Source: Paramecium tetraurelia (lineage: Eukaryota). From it: a stretch of DNA of 64,000 nt. Where the stretch lies: contig CT868667.1 of the NCBI GenBank assembly GCA_000165425.1, forward strand, positions 124,001 to 188,000, given 5' to 3'. The notes under the pieces were generated by a model. That model did no database searches and was not told the origin of the DNA. It saw nothing but the letters and a program-made list of their open reading frames with translations. Both the position numbers and the translations under genes were made by a program. Of this stretch, positions 27,395 through 39,969 are shown in pieces. How positions within the stretch are numbered: the first letter of the stretch is position 1; each line of letters starts with the position of its first letter.

Positions 27395-27748
27395 ATAATA
27401 AAATAAATGCAATATAATTAAAAGCCGTGTGATATAAAGATCATCTTACTTTCTTTGTTTAAATCACTCTAGAACTATGACATATCTTTAATTAACTTAG
27501 AAAATTGATCTTTCTATCATGAAATCATTCTTTATTGATATGAACTCCATCTCATATTTGTTATTTTATTTGTTTATGTAAAATCATTTTTGAGTACTTT
27601 ATTATAGATAAGTACTACACAACACCATATTAGCATAGTTCTAAACAAAAGTATTGATTTTTTGCGATTGTTGTTATTAAGAAGACAATATGAAGAAGAA
27701 TTTTAATATGAAGGAGGATATGTATATTTTATAATAATATCAACATAT

Positions 27749-28712
27749 TCAATGTTTGGTCAATAATGAAAATCCTTCAACAAGATGATAAGATATCTTT
27801 TCAAAGGTTTTCTTGATGTCATCCAATATTTTCGATAATAAGTTTCCATTTTCTTTGGTCAATTCAAAGACTTCTACTTTCTGATTTATTTACTGCTCTT
27901 CTTCAAACAATCCATACTATTTGTATTTGAATAAGAGATCTATTGGAAGTTCTTCATGTTGCAAACTGAGAATAGCAATTTGACTCATGCATTGGACATG
28001 ATTAAGCAATTTTAACAATTCCCTATTTTGAAATAGTAAATCAGATTTCATTTTGGATAACATTTTAACATAAAAGTCTTCTAAAGATTTGATTTCATCT
28101 TAAATCTACATAATTACAATGGAATTACTTTAGAGAATTGTTAAATCTAATTAGTTTTATCAGCCAATTCATTCTCTAACATTTTAATCTGTGCTTTTTG
28201 CTTTGCTAAATCAGTATCTGAACCTAAAGATAATTTCAATTATTGGTTGTAAGATGTTAATTATTAGATGGTGAAGTTTAATTTCTTAATAACCATATCC
28301 TTATGTTTAATTTAGTCCTTCTGAATTTGCACCTGTTATTTGAGAGTCAAATTTTCTTACTAGAGATCGTAGTAACACTTACTTACAAAGAAACGTTTTC
28401 ATTCTGCATATCAATAGTCTTCAACTCTTAAACTTGATGTTCGTAAATTTATTGCATAGGAGACTGGAATTCACTTGTGGGAGTAACAAAACTTCCAATT
28501 TTGGATGATATTTTTTAGAATTCTTCTTTGAAGGATGTACATGGTTGTGTTGTTAATTTAGTTTCAAGTGTTTTTCTACTTTGAATCTTGTTGTCTGATT
28601 GAAGTGTTTAAGTTCTGTGGGTGGCTTTGGGAGTGCGAAACCAATTTTCACTAATTTACTTTTGTGCACTTCTGGTGGATATACATTTCAAGTCCCATTC
28701 ATATTACTTCAT
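27749..28712 (-). CDS. Hypothetical coiled-coil protein
   Basis: MKQYEWDLKC... to ...FSLLTKH-TGA with Q/E/L-rich heptads. Confidence 0.6.
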
Positions 28713-28788
28713 TTAATTAAGTAGTTAATAATTAATTATTTGATCATCATCTTTAGTTTTCAGTTAGACACATAATATTAATAACTAA

Positions 28789-30089
28789 ATGAGTTCAATA
28801 TAAAGACAACCTCGTAGTCGTATATTCGAATCAGATTCATAGAGACCATCTGATCGACCAATTACTCCATCATAATAATAATCAACCAATTACAAAATAA
28901 GACAATTAACACACAATACTCAATTAACCACCCCTATAGTTTAATGCCATTACCACCCTGATTAATTTATACAAAACTTTTGTAAACATCTGTATCAAAA
29001 TTTTTATCATTTCTAAGTGACTGCTTGCTTCCACTTTGTCCTGCCTGTGTGAATATTCATTAAGAAGATCATAATAACTAACAGTATGCTCCAACTTTTG
29101 ATCATCTTTCAACTTGCTTGGCAGAATAATAGAATAAAATTGTTGATGTATGTAATTTGTTGGCAGATGATATCCAAAATGTATCAGAACTCAAAATAAT
29201 AATCAATGATCATCACAAAACTTAGATAAATAAATTTCTAGAGGCCAAAGAAAAGCTCTATTAAGCTATAGACAATTATTTATCAACGCTTGAAAATACT
29301 CTCAATACTCAATCGCAAAAACAATTAGATTATTTACTCAATTAAGTCAATTAGTTTCATCGATTATCCTATGAAAGATGGAATCACTTGTAAACGAGAT
29401 TGCAAAAATTGAGTTCTGAAAAATGTTTAAAGACTCTGATAAAATGCTATAAGCAAAGTAAAACTGAAGATATCTATTCTCAATAACATGAGATGTCTCT
29501 TCAATTTACAGATTAAATCAAAGCACAATTGAAACAAATATAAATTAAACCTGCATAGTTATAAAATATCATGGAATAATTGAATCTGTACATTCAAATA
29601 GTGACTGAACAACAAAATTAGCCATCCCCTTAACAAATAAGAAAGAGTTATAGACCAAGCAGTTAATAGCATGCTGTCTCTGCTTCTTCAATAGATGCAA
29701 GGATAAAAGGATATCCTATCTAATAAAGATATGTAATTCCAAGAAATAAAGTTGAATTATCAATTCCTCAAATTTAATAAAGCTTTCTACCATAATCATA
29801 AGGAGGAATCAATTATTTCAATTAGGCTATCATACCTCTAAATGTATAATAAACATAATAATTAAATAATATCCCTCCTTTGCCATTTCGACCTTCAGTA
29901 TCTGTAAAATAAATAATCAATCAATTTCCATAAAAAAATCCATTTCTACCTTTAATGTAGCCTCAAGAGAATAAAAAAGGAGAATTGATAGATTTAAAAT
30001 CAAGTAGACATCTTTTAAGGACGAATGAACAATATCAAAATAGAATCTTTAATGAGAATGATTTCTCTCCAAAATTGAATATGACTTGA
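28789..30089 (+). CDS. B-box zinc finger + coiled-coil protein with Q/P-rich tail
   Basis: CHYHPDQFIQNFCKHLDCLLPLCPACVNIHQEDH after removing a 26-nt intron. Confidence 0.75.
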
Positions 30090-30119
30090 TTTATACTTAT
30101 ATAAATATATAATAATTTG

Positions 30120-31809
30120 ATGGAAGATCAAGTTACTCGTTTCAAGAATAAATATTTAGTCAACCGTAGTAATACAAAAAGAATGACAATTCGGAAACCA
30201 TAATTAGATCACTCACCAGATAATTGGAAGGAAATGTTTGGTACCTTTTTACATGATATCTCGTTAAAAAAGAAACATCAGAGAGAGAAGACTATGAATG
30301 TAAAAGAATGAAAATAATTATGTTAGCATCTTCAAGATCCGTTGGTTCAAGAGAATCCTCTTCTCATTCCTTGTACAACTCAAAGATTTAAGTTGGAATT
30401 ATTTAAGTATCTCGAAGGAGAATAAAGTGTGTAAGAGATGATGAATTCTATCAATTTCCCAGGATTGAAAGTAATTATATACTTGGACAAGAGTAAGAAA
30501 TAAGCCCAGACTAAACAAATATCAAACATCATGTCCAGAAGTTGCGAAACTTTCGAAATCACCATAGTGTACCTATCTATGATAATTCAATACATACAAT
30601 GCAAATGAAATAGCAGCATTTAATGAATGAGGGGAAATTCACAGAAGCTCAGTAAATTTAATAACAATTACATGAATAGACTTAAACAAAAATTCAAGTT
30701 TTAAGAGCTTTTATCTAGGAAAGAGTAATAATAATTTATATTTCTATTTTTAGATTGAATTAAGAAAAAAGGCAAATCAACAGTAAAGATTGGAAGAAAT
30801 TAAGAATATTCATTTTATTAAAACCTTCTATGATATTTCCAATGAATATCGTCTCAAACATCAATAATAATAAGAATAATTAGAAGAGGATTCTCATTAC
30901 TTTAAGAAGAGTGTGCCAGGCTCCAAAAAACTTAAATAGATCTATGTGAATTATGACAATGTTCAACCTTATGTAAAACACTAAGGCAAACACTTCGATA
31001 AATATAGTTATCCATCTATTGCTATACTAAAAGATACGATGAATTAATAAAGCAAAGAGTATCTGCAGGAAGTTGAACAGTAGAAATAGAAAAGATTTGA
31101 AGATGCTCTGAAATAAGTGAGAAAATTGTTAGAATCACAAAATATTCGATTTAGCAGTAATAGACATAATAATAACAAATCATAACCTCTTGATTGGTAA
31201 ATTGATGTAACTATTGCATCTCCAAAAAGGAATCCAAGTGAAAAAATTAATGTATCATAAACTGGAATAGACTACAAGAATCTCAAAGATTATGTAATTG
31301 CAAAGAAACCTTTCTTCCTATTTACTAAAAGAGCCAAACAAGATAAAAACCCTAGAAATGCCCATGGACTTATTACTATGTTTGATCTCAAACTATATGA
31401 TTACATTCATAACAAAAAGATTTATACATCAAATCCTTAACTTAAATAGATCTCTGATAAGTTCCACACAATGATTGAAAGTAAAAAAGAATAAGAAATT
31501 AATGCTCAACTGGAAATTTAAATAGAATAAAGAAAGTACCAGTTAAATAAAATGAAAAGAGATTCAGCACCAGAACAGGGCTAAAATGAAGTATCATAAT
31601 ATTCAGATGATCAATCATTATAATCAATTTATGAAGTTAATCTGGATATGTTATATAATTAGTCACATTAATTGCATAAAAAACTAGGAGAGTCAATAGA
31701 CGGTGGATTTGCTAAGAGAATAAAATAGATTATAAAATTGGAAGAAGTGAACCAACAGTGTTTAAAAACAAATCTAGAAAAATTAACAAAATAGAAAATT
31801 TCCTTATGA
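30120..31809 (+). CDS. Hypothetical coiled-coil protein
   Basis: Long open frame with short GT-AG introns and no recognised domain. Confidence 0.6.
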
Positions 31810-31881
31810 AAAAATTTCTATGATATTAAAATTAATAATTATAAAATTGAATTTCTTTTTTGGTTGATTATTTTAATTATT

Positions 31882-33400
31882 ATGTAATCGATCTAATAAT
31901 TTTTAAATATATATAATTGAATGCATAAAATAAGGTTGAAATTTTTAGATTAGTCAATTGAACAGAAATATTAATTAGAACAACAAATTCCTAAAAGAAA
32001 AACTCATATAAAAATATTTATGTCGTTTTTTATTGTTTTCTAGAGTATTAAACTTGCTATAGCCTTAATCCTTTAAAATTATTCAGTAGTTTACCCAATA
32101 ATTGGAATGGTAGGAAGCAGTGCTGTTACAAAACTCTTTAATATTAAAAAAGAATATCATTAGCCAGCGTTAATCATGTTTATCAACATTTCTTATACAA
32201 TTTATATACTCTTTTTTGATCCCCACTCATATGTTCCAACTATGTATTTTAGAGGAGCTCATTAAATGATGATAAATGTAATAAATATCATAGGATCTGA
32301 GTTTATAGATTCAACTTTGTCCCTTATTGTTTTGTACTTTTTGAGATTACTACACTTAATCTAGAATAGTGAAAGTGTTGAATTCACATCGATCTTATTG
32401 GCCATAGGATCCAATTTATCATTGCTTCTAATTGTCTATTTATATCATAAAGCAATAAGATCATAATTCCTCTTAACTCAGGTTGATTAGAGATGGAAAA
32501 AAGTTTAAAGTCGATTCTAAATGATTCAAAATTTATATTAATAAATTGTTAAATTGAAAAATTTTAATACTAAAATGTCACATCAACATTTTCACAAACA
32601 ATTCATCAAATGAATAGGTTCTTAATTTTTTAAGAGTAGGTAAAGTAGAAAATGGTTCTTTGGAACAATTTTTATTTCATAAGTTATGTGTTAAATTTAA
32701 AAATAATTAATGTAAATTGATTTTTCTATCTTTTTTGGAAATTAACCTACAATTCTAATTTAGACAAGATTGTCAAAATTATATTTCTAAAATTAAGAAA
32801 TTTAGAAAGTTTGTTATTAGTATCTAAGATTATCAATTGTTTTTATTAGGATTATAAAGGGAATATAGTATTTGATAAAATACAATTCCATGGGTTAGCT
32901 AATAAAATTTAATTTCAAGATTTGATGATAAAAATATGGAGGGCAGAATTTAATTGTAAAACAATATGTTTAAATAAATCCATAACCAAAATAAAAAAGT
33001 TTTGTAATCCTAACACTAAAATTTCACTGGTCAGTCCAAATTTTGTTTTAAATACTATTGCTAAACTAGTGAATTAGTCATTATTAAAGGCGAGACTTTG
33101 GAAACTAAATCGAATAGAATTAGACTGCAGGGAAAATTCAATATTCGTAAGCTAAATTATTATACTATCAAAATTAAGTATTAATTGCAACTTATTTGCA
33201 AGGAAGTCAATGCAGAATAATTTTGTATTAAATCTTATTTAAATCTTTAGGTATTTATCTTGAATTAAATGACGAAATTCTCTCACCATTCACAAATGTA
33301 ATCATGCCCCAATTTTATTTTGGATATATCAAAGATAATAACGTGATCTAATGAAATATTCTATCAAATTTTTATTTTTTATTTTCAAACAGAATTTAAA
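31882..33400 (+). pseudogene. Decaying multi-TM protein gene
   Basis: In-frame TGA at codon 13 (31918-31920), then an intact multi-TM segment (LKFLDQSIEQKYQ...YLYHKAIRSQFLL), then frame breaks from about 32500. The end is approximate. Confidence 0.55.
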
Positions 33401-33603
33401 AATGAACTGATTTTTAACACAAGTAAAAATGAATTATGTTTATACTTTTAATAGATGTGGTTTATACATCATCCCTATTCCTTTCGAATTCTGATTATTA
33501 TAAATTAAAATACTATAAATTATACATATAATCCATATAAAAATATTCGATATTTATAGTGGCACATATGGAAATTTAAGTATAATATTAAATTATAAAA
33601 GAA

Positions 33604-34691
33604 ATGTCTAATATAAAGTTTGTGTACTCAAAAAAGGTACATAAAATACCTCAAAAAAATGCCACTAATCTTCAAAGTGTTATAGAGACAATAAAGTCAA
33701 TTTATAACTAACTTAATACAGTATATTTGTATGCAATTATAAATCCAGGTAATAATTTAAATGAATAGCATAAGATGAGACTGATTTAGTTGCAGAGATA
33801 AGGACTGATACAGAATTCTGTTAGTTAAAAACACTCTATATAAGGAATTAATGGCCATCAATCAAATTGCTAGTAACAGAAACATAGGATTATAAATCAA
33901 TTTTGAAAGATTCTTGGGGACTTTTGAATTAAAGTATGGCAATAGTAGAGAAGCAAAGTCGTGATGCTTGTACATTGTCTCAACCAATTCAAATAGACTA
34001 ATCATAATAAATTGCTCCCTCATCTGGACATTAGGGGTATTTATTTAAAGATAATTTGTAGTACTTAAGTCCAAGTACACTAATAGGACAATGCACAAAA
34101 TACTAACTAGGTTGACTTTAGATAAAATTTATAACTTAAACAATTTATTGCTGATATTGTAGATAAAAGAATTAGAGACTTGGGATTGATAAATAAGGAT
34201 TAAGAATACAATTTCACTTTGACATCTAAGATTCCACTATTGATAGGTATTAATGGAAAAAAGATGACCACATAAATTACAATGTAGAATAGTGGAAAAA
34301 GTTAATGGCTGAACGCAGCTTTAACAAATGCAGAATTAGGAATCCATTACTAAATTAATAATGTTTCATGTGGTGAATGCATAAGTGTCACTATAGATTT
34401 ACCTTACATACCTGAACATTTTGAAGATGAAAAGGAAAGAGTCTATAAATTTTATGTAATAACTATATCAATTTGTATTAGATAATTTGTGAAAACAAAA
34501 AGTATTAAATGCAAAAGTTATCAGATCCAATTTCAATAAGAGTATAAGCATCTGACATAGATCATATTGTAAAGTAGCTTTAAGACTTATTCCCTTAAAA
34601 AAAGAGAGAAGATTTGATTAAATATATCAATGAAAAGGGCATTAACAAGGAATTTGATTAATACGTAGATATGCTCCTTTAAGAGTATTGA
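33604..34691 (+). CDS. PB1-like + NBR1/FW-like Ig domain + C-terminal UBA/CUE-like protein
   Basis: MSNIKFVYSKKVHKIP..., ITMQNSGKSQW...VSCGECISVTIDL and IVKQLQDLFPQKKREDLIKYI. Confidence 0.6.
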
Positions 34692-34755
34692 TTAGATTCA
34701 CTAATTTATGATATGGAATATTTTAAATAAATTTAAAATCTTACTAATTATAAAA

Positions 34756-35364
34756 TCATTCTTTCTCCCTTGTTTTTCCATTCCTTCCTTTTTATTTAAT
34801 TGGAACCTCATCCCATTCATCATCTGAGTCTTGCTGCTTTTATTCTGTAACTTATGTTTGAGCAAATTATTCAATTACATCTTGAACTTCATTTTTTTCA
34901 TCATCTGAACTCTCTCCCCAAACTGGCATCCCATCCTTATTTTCAGTTTTAGGCTCTTCTTTCTTTTTTTTATTTCTAACTCTTTTTTTCTTCTTAGTAT
35001 ATTCAGGTACAATAACTCCTGGTATTTAAGTATTTTGTTATTATTGTTATTTTTATTATTATTGTGCTTTTCTTTGTTCTTTTTTCTATTCCTTTATCAC
35101 TTTCTGCATTTCTTCCATTAAATTGCCTTCTTCTGTATTCTTATTCAAATTTGCACATTGTCTAAGATGAGCATCCATGTTTGCTTTGAGAATGACGTGC
35201 ATAAAATTATATGGACAATGCTCATATAGATGTTCTAATCTTGCTTTATCTTAACATCCTTAAGAGATATGATAGAATAGTTTAGAATTGGGCATCTGAT
35301 GTGATGGATTATAAGGACATTTAACTTAAAAATCATGTCTTTCATCACCTGTTTTGAAACTCAT
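34756..35364 (-). CDS. GTSF1/Asterix-like tandem CHHC (U11-48K) zinc-finger protein
   Basis: VKCPYNPSHQMPNSKLFYHISQGC and EHCPYNFMHVILKANMDAHLRQC. Acidic tail with Trp motifs. Intronless 609-nt ORF. Confidence 0.85.
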
Positions 35365-35432
35365 TAAGAGTATGAGTTTATAATTATTTTAATATTTTAA
35401 TTATAAACTAATAATTCAATAATTAATTTAAA

Positions 35433-35753
35433 ATGGACAATTTAATATTACACTTAAAAAATCTATTTATATAATATGAAGTGAAAATAGATGAACAAGA
35501 ATTTAACAATTTGGAAAGTGAGATGAATAAAGTGTTAATTCAACATAAAGAGAGATCTCCATTTAAGGATATTACAAATAGTGAAAAACAAGCAGAAACA
35601 TAATTGGAAGCATATGGAGAAACAATCATCAAAAGAATTGAAAGTGTACGAAAACAGCCAATTAACAATATACTTTAGGAAGAAGGGTTCCCTAGATCTT
35701 CCCAATCAATAGAGAATAATTAAAGATAACACTTACCCTATCATTCATAATGA
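35433..35753 (+). CDS. Small hypothetical protein with D-box-like motif (RSPFKDITN)
   Basis: 321-nt ATG-TGA ORF. Confidence 0.55.
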
Positions 35754-36527
35754 ATATTATAATCCTTCAATTATTAAAAAACTCATGATAATAGTCAAAA
35801 TCACAACTAATCCATTCATCTATCCACCAGATAATACATTTTTTACAGGTTTTTATTGTTAAATTTTTTTTTTTTCTAGTATTCGATTTATACCATGAAG
35901 TTGAATTAATTTAATTTCAAATTTTCATTTATATGCAAAGATTACTATTTCCATATTTCCATCAAAATATACTTATCAAACATATTTTTTAAGAGATTAT
36001 ATTCTCTTCTTAGAATCCAAACTTGTAGTTATTATTCCTACGCTTTACATACATTCATAATCGCATTAATATACTTATCAATTAAAAGCATTTATATCAA
36101 TATTCTTATAACTTCTAAGAAAGATCTACTATAAGGATATAAGTATTAATTAATTTTTTATTCAAAGCCTCTCAATTAATACTGAGATTTTGGCTATTGA
36201 TTTATAATTAACCAAAATCTCTTCAGCCATTAATTTGAGCCTACAAAATTATTTTACTCTGATCCATAACCCACTTTTTTTCTCAAATTGTGTTTCATCA
36301 AATTTCATCATTAAATTTAATTACTTTAAGTCACCTCAGTAAAGATAGTTTAATCTAATAAGAATTATGTATTTTATTTTTTTATTTCAACCATTAAATT
36401 AATGTTTCAAAAAGAGCAATTAAATATTAGTGATGACTTCATAGATACCACTCTTTTTTTATATATTATTAAATTTGTGGTTTTTAAATATTTAAATACT
36501 TTAAAGAGTTTCAGTATTATCAAATAT

Positions 36528-36896
36528 ATGGCTAAGAAGAATTTTGGAAATATAAAAAAAATAAATCATATTCAAATGATTGGTCCCAAAAATATTTTTG
36601 AAATCCCAATTTCAGAATATAAGAATAAGTCTAACGAGGATCTGGAATGTTTAGATGATTACTCATCGAAATCATTACCAAAAGATGAATTATAAACAGC
36701 TAAATTCAATTATCATAATTCCACAAATAATATATACCCTAAGAAAAAAGTCAGATTCAATATGGATATAGTCCTTTGCAAATTTAGTAATAATGAACCA
36801 GCCCTCTCTATATCCAAATAAACTAAGAAACTCATTTCATCCAGCCCTAACTTGAAATGGGTAAATCCAACATTTTTTAACTTGAAAAATTAATGA
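36528..36896 (+). CDS. Small hypothetical protein with RVxF-type motif (KKVRF)
   Basis: 369-nt ORF MAKKNFG...NLKNQ. Confidence 0.55.
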
Positions 36897-37822
36897 ATTC
36901 TATAATATATGATATACTTCTTTACTTTTTAAAGTCTGTTTTTATATTCATTATTCAAAAGATAACTAATTCGTATAATTTAGAATTAATAGGTAAGCAA
37001 AACTTATTAAAAAGTTAAGCATAAATAAATTATAACATCAATATCCTTTGAGGAATTATAAAGATCAAATATGCATCATTTTTAAACATATTTTAATCAA
37101 TTGATCTTTTGCTCCCTTTTAACACATACTCTATTATGATTGGAAATCTTATTAATTTAATCTTACTAAACAGAGTTGATTTTTCTAAATTATTAAATCT
37201 TTGTAGACTTGTAGTCTCAGGGCAAATAATAAAAAACAAATAATCAATAAAATAATATTATTTCTTGTTTTCTAAATAGATTCATTCAATCAAAACAATT
37301 TATTTCATCATCTGTTAATTTTCTTTTGTATCTAAAATTCTTTAAGCTATTTATTGTGGAAAACATATAAGTAAATTATCCTAATGACATTTTGCACTTG
37401 TATGTTATCAACAGGGTTTTTGTAATTGAGAATTAAAAAATTATTAATCGTCATGATTTAATTGTTTAAGAAAAAATTTGAAAAATATGATCATTTTTAA
37501 TGGACCAATAAATGTATTGAATCATATTTGATATATTCGAAATGATTAAGCTAAAAGAGAAAATAGAATTTAGATTATAAACATTGACTTAATCGACAAG
37601 TGTTAAGTGAGATCAAATTTGTTAAATTAATTTTAAAAACTGGTATCAAGATATCGAATAATAATTGTAATTGAGCATTAAATCGTTTTTTAATTGATTG
37701 TTCTTCTTCTGGTTACGTATGGGCGATTAATATATAGTCAATTTTAACGATTTTTAAGAGAATGCTTAATATGGATTATGTTATAAGTCTAAAATTTGTT
37801 AGTACAAAAATGAGAAAGAATA

Positions 37823-38095
37823 TCAAATTTAATCTCTTCTTCTTGAAATAATGGTTGACATACTTATTGACTTCAATTTTGGGACTGTAACAACTCTTTG
37901 GAGAATAATATCATAGAAATGAAAACATGATTGATCAATGTTTAATTCAGATGTATCAAAATCCTCAAAGTTGTATGAATCTAGGAAATCTTCCTTTGGT
38001 TTAGTTTTATTTGGAGATGTTCTACACGTGTCTAGAGTAGAGTCTCGGCTCATTTATAGAGAAGACTTATAATGCGTAGATTCTGAACATCCCAT
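37823..38095 (-). CDS. Small protein with MGC N-terminus (putative myristoylation/palmitoylation)
   Basis: MGCSESTH...RRRDQI, 273 nt. Confidence 0.6.
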
Positions 38096-38465
38096 AATAA
38101 TAAATTAATTATTGAAGTCATTCTGATGATGCACCATTGAAATAATTCATATATCGACTTACAAATATGAAAATAGGAGTCTAATCATTTCAAGGAAGAT
38201 AGTAGACTACTTACTATAATAAATCTAGGGCTATAGACTCAATCTTGCTTATCATCATAAATGCTGAATTTGAGTATTTTTTATTCATAAAAACATAGTT
38301 TTGTATAGAAAGCACTTATGAACTTAATGGAGATCGAAAATTCTATTGAATTAGATTTAATTTATTACAATGAACAGCTCATTAAGAAGAATTTTGATAA
38401 GAGAATTATAAGGTAATTTATTTTAGAATTTATAAGCGGTAATGCTTTTGTATTAATAAATTATT

Positions 38466-39445
38466 ATGTTATTTAAATAAAATTGCTCATTGTTTAGAAA
38501 GCTTTTATCTTAGAAATGCCTAATGATGCCAGGAGCATACAATGGTATGGTTGGTAGACAATGTGCAGATAATGGTTTTGAAGCCCTGTACATTTCAGGG
38601 GCTGCTGTGACTGCATCCAGTGGAGTCCCAGATATTGGGTACAATTTAGAGTTAAGTCTTTAAGCATGGTAACTTTGGATGGATTCTGTAAGACAATCAA
38701 GGATGTGGCTCTTGCTTCAGGATTACCAATTCTAGCTGATGCAGACACAGGATTCGGAGAAGGAGAAATGTGTTCTAAAACAGTATGGGAATATTTCATA
38801 CATGGAGCTTCAGGTCTACATATTGAGGATTAGGTGTTCCCAAAACGATGTGGACATTTGGATGGAAAGGAATTGGTTCCATCTGATGTTATGGAGAAGA
38901 AGATATAAATAGCCAAAAATGCAAGTATCTAATGCAGTGGAGGAGAGTTTGTCATTTGTGGTAAATTATATCTCGTAACTCCAATATAGCACGTACTGAT
39001 GCTAGAGGAACACATGGATTAGATGAATGTATCAAAAGAAGCAAGGCATATATGGAGGCAGGAGCTGACATGATATTCCCTGAAGGATTACACACAAAAG
39101 AAGAAATGGCTATTGTAGCTAAAGAATTGAAGGCCAAGAACCCAAATATTTATTTATTGGCTAATATGACAGAGTTTGGAAAGACTCCATACATCTCATT
39201 AAAGGAATTTGAGTAGATGGGTTATAATTGTGTTATCTATCCTGTTTCCACATTAAGAATTGCTAGTAAGGCTATTGATGAATTTTTGAAGCAATTGAAG
39301 AAGGATGAGTCTTAGGTGAATTCAGTTTAAAAGTAAATAAATTAAATATTGTAAATATAGTATGTAAACACGTAAAGAGTTGTATTCTACTTTGGGATAC
39401 ACACCTGGCAAGGAATGGTATTTTCCAAATTCAAAGAAATAATGA
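38466..39445 (+). CDS. prpB: 2-methylisocitrate lyase (ICL/PEP-mutase family), 3 introns
   Basis: PGAYNG, GFEALYISGA, GVPDIG, LPILADADTGFG, HIEDQVFPKRCGHLDGK, ARTDA, AGADMIFPE and LANMTEFGKTP. Confidence 0.9.
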
Positions 39446-39456
39446 TGATTGTAGAA

Positions 39457-39945
39457 TCAATATTTCATAATAAAAGCAACATAAATATAATCACTACCTT
39501 ATTCTGTATATTTAAATGCTTCCAAATTTAGACAACATAAACGCATACACTCATTCAAATGGATTCCTCTTTCACAAGTAGTTTCTTGGAGGGTGTGACA
39601 ATCTTGGGGATTCCAACTTTCATAATGACTATTCGAATCATTGATCCAATTAAAGGATGAGAAATTGTGAGTTTCAGTCATTATTTATGCTGATACTAAT
39701 TCTTAATGACCACAAGTTTCCACATGATTAAGCATTTCTTACACAATTTATTAACGAATATCTACTAGATTGAGAATTTGTTTTTCTTGAGCTGATTGAG
39801 ACTAACAATTTTATGTAGATTCTATTTGTTTCAGTTTTGCATAATAAGGACTCGATATAGACATTCTTGGTTCAAGACGCCTTTGAAGTTAAATAGTTCT
39901 ATCATTCCACTCAAGTTCTTCTCTTGGTTCACATACATTACCCAT
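39457..39945 (-). CDS. Hypothetical protein (MGN start, possibly myristoylated)
   Basis: 489-nt ORF convergent with prpB, with 11 nt between the stop codons. Confidence 0.55.
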
Positions 39946-39969
39946 TAATATATTAAAAATAATTTAAAT

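Noticed and set aside
38120..38270. TGATGA ... CTGA pair suggesting a C/D snoRNA
   Set aside because: No terminal stem or recognisable rRNA-antisense element, and such motifs are expected by chance in AT-rich DNA.
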